Assembly: GCA_965287045.1 (NCBI GenBank)
Contig: OZ336884.1
Coordinates: 58,156,001-58,220,000, forward strand
Source of the DNA: Carcharhinus amblyrhynchos
Taxonomy: Eukaryota
Direction of reading: 5' to 3'
DNA: 64,000 nt
Below the pieces are notes generated by a model. That model saw only the letters and a program-made list of their open reading frames with translations. It made no database searches and was not told the origin of the DNA. Shown here piece by piece: positions 62,464 to 64,000 of this stretch (the stretch's first letter is position 1; the number at the start of each line of letters is the position of its first letter). The translations under genes and the position numbers were made by a program.

Positions 62464-62695
62464 AAGGGGTGGGATTTTCTGACAGTTCCTGCCAGGAGGA
62501 TCTTTTGGCCCTGCCAAAGTCAACCCCTGTAGTTCCCTGGCAGCAGGGTAGGTGAGCCACACAAACACTGTAGACCTCAGCAGGATTGGAAGGTCCCATC
62601 GGTGACCAATAGCATGCCTCCTCCACTGCTGGAAAATATGCCATGGGGGAGGGTGGTGGGGGGGGTGGGGGGGGGGGGCAGAAAATCACAGCCAA
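62464..62695. mobile_element. Harbinger-like MITE
   Basis: ggggtgggattttctg..cagaaaatcacagcc imperfect TIRs with an internal G-run. Confidence 0.55.
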
Positions 62696-62992
62696 GGTGT
62701 TAGACTATTCAATTGAAAATATGGTGACACCTGTCATGTTTTCCTATTGTGACATGGAGAAAATTCAGGTGGTCTAATTACTGCAATTTTGTCCACATGC
62801 TGGATAAAGCAAATAGATATTACACAGTTACAGATCTCACTTTGATTCCACCAATTGGCTGACTTGATTAGGGTAAAGTGTAACTGAACCAGGCTGATCA
62901 GAAAGCCACAGGTTTGATTCCGTCTCATTGCTGAGTTGAATGACCTTGGGCAGGATGGTGATGGTTGTGCCCTAAATGGCTTGGGTGTACCA

Positions 62993-63302
62993 GGGCAGCA
63001 CAGTGGTTAGCACTGCTGCCTCACAGCACCAGAGATCTGGGTTCAATTCCAATCTTAGGTGACTGTGTGGAGTTTGCGCATTCTTTTCATGTCTGTGTGA
63101 GTTTCTTCTGGGTGCTCTCATTCCTTCCATAGTCCAAAGATGTGTGGGTTAGGTTGATTGGCCATACTGAATTGTCGGGGGATTAGGAGGGTAAATATAT
63201 GAGGTTATGGGATTAAAGCCTGGGTGGGATTATTTCTGGTGTAGGCTCGATGAACCAAATGGCTCCCTTCTGTGCTGTAGTGATCCTATGCTTCTATGAT
63301 TC
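62993..63302 (+). mobile_element. HE1-type V-SINE
   Basis: ggcagcacagtggttagcactgctgcctcacag..ctatgcttctatgattc. Confidence 0.9.
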
Positions 63303-63494
63303 CTGGGATAGGATGGGGAAAACCGGTTACTGTATTGTTGTTGGAGCTGGTTCGCATTTTGAACTAACTGCAGGCATACCTGAGAATTATGTAATGGTGA
63401 AAAGCTAGGTGCATTGGAGGTCCCAAGAGATTTTGAGGTTCATGCACATTTTGAGGTAACTAAAATTTCATAGTCAGGTATAAAAATAATTAAA

Positions 63495-64000
63495 ATGGAT
63501 AGTATAATGTTAGCCTTTAAAACAGCTATACAAAGCCCTGGTAGGATTTGGAATACTGTGTACAGTTCTGGGCACCACATCTTAGGAAACATACGTTGGT
63601 CGAGAAAGGAATGCAGCTCAGATTCACTAGAATGTTAGTAGCACGACACAGGTTGGATTTTAGAAGTGATTATGCAAGTTAGTCTTGGATTCTCCAGAAT
63701 ATTGAAAGCTAAAGGGGCCTTACCCTCTAATTTTTCTGTCCATAATTGGTTTGAGATTTTTAGGATTTTGAGAAGAATTGACAGGGTAGGTAGAGAAAAA
63801 TATTTTCCACTGGTGGAGAGGTCTAGGAGAAGGAAGAAATAAACCTGAAAATCAGGAGAGTAGTTACTCAAAGATCGATAGAAGTCGAACTTCCACCCAC
63901 AGAAAGCAATGGACGCTTGCTCAAATAATTTAAAATCCGCTGAGCAAGACTGTAAAAGAACATGGACAGAATTAAATTACAGATCAGTCTTAATCTCATG
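63495..64000 (+). mobile_element. Old CR1 3' region
   Basis: tacaaagccctggtagg..ttggaatactgtgtacagttctgggcaccacatcttaggaa (YKALVR..LEYCVQFWAPHLR) through to cagatcagtc. Confidence 0.75.

Overview
This is eukaryotic, repeat-dense, apparently intronic or intergenic DNA from a cartilaginous fish. The HE1-type V-SINEs and HER1/CR1 LINEs point to a shark, and the SINE subtype looks carcharhiniform (inference). I found no host protein-coding exon, rRNA, true tRNA or CRISPR array that I can support. The window is a nested pile of transposons. It holds many CR1 LINEs, including a near full-length copy with a zinc-finger/leucine-zipper plus SGNH-esterase ORF1 and a young 5'-truncated copy with an open 819-aa ORF2 and a 7-bp TSD. 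It also holds a Rex1/Babar LINE, L2 fragments, three SINE types (HE1/V-SINE, Deu-type, Meta-like) and PIF/Harbinger relics with their MITEs. The most notable system is two families of Penelope-like elements carrying minimal hammerhead ribozyme motifs. Several are fold-back insertions with an asymmetric ~30-40 nt tail and 11-14 bp TSDs. The largest is a 1.2-kb fold-back whose two arms share a non-canonical CUGCUGA core. Several repeat-free AT-rich stretches look like possible conserved non-coding elements but cannot be confirmed without alignments. Family names come from recognition by eye, and boundaries of old repeats are approximate.
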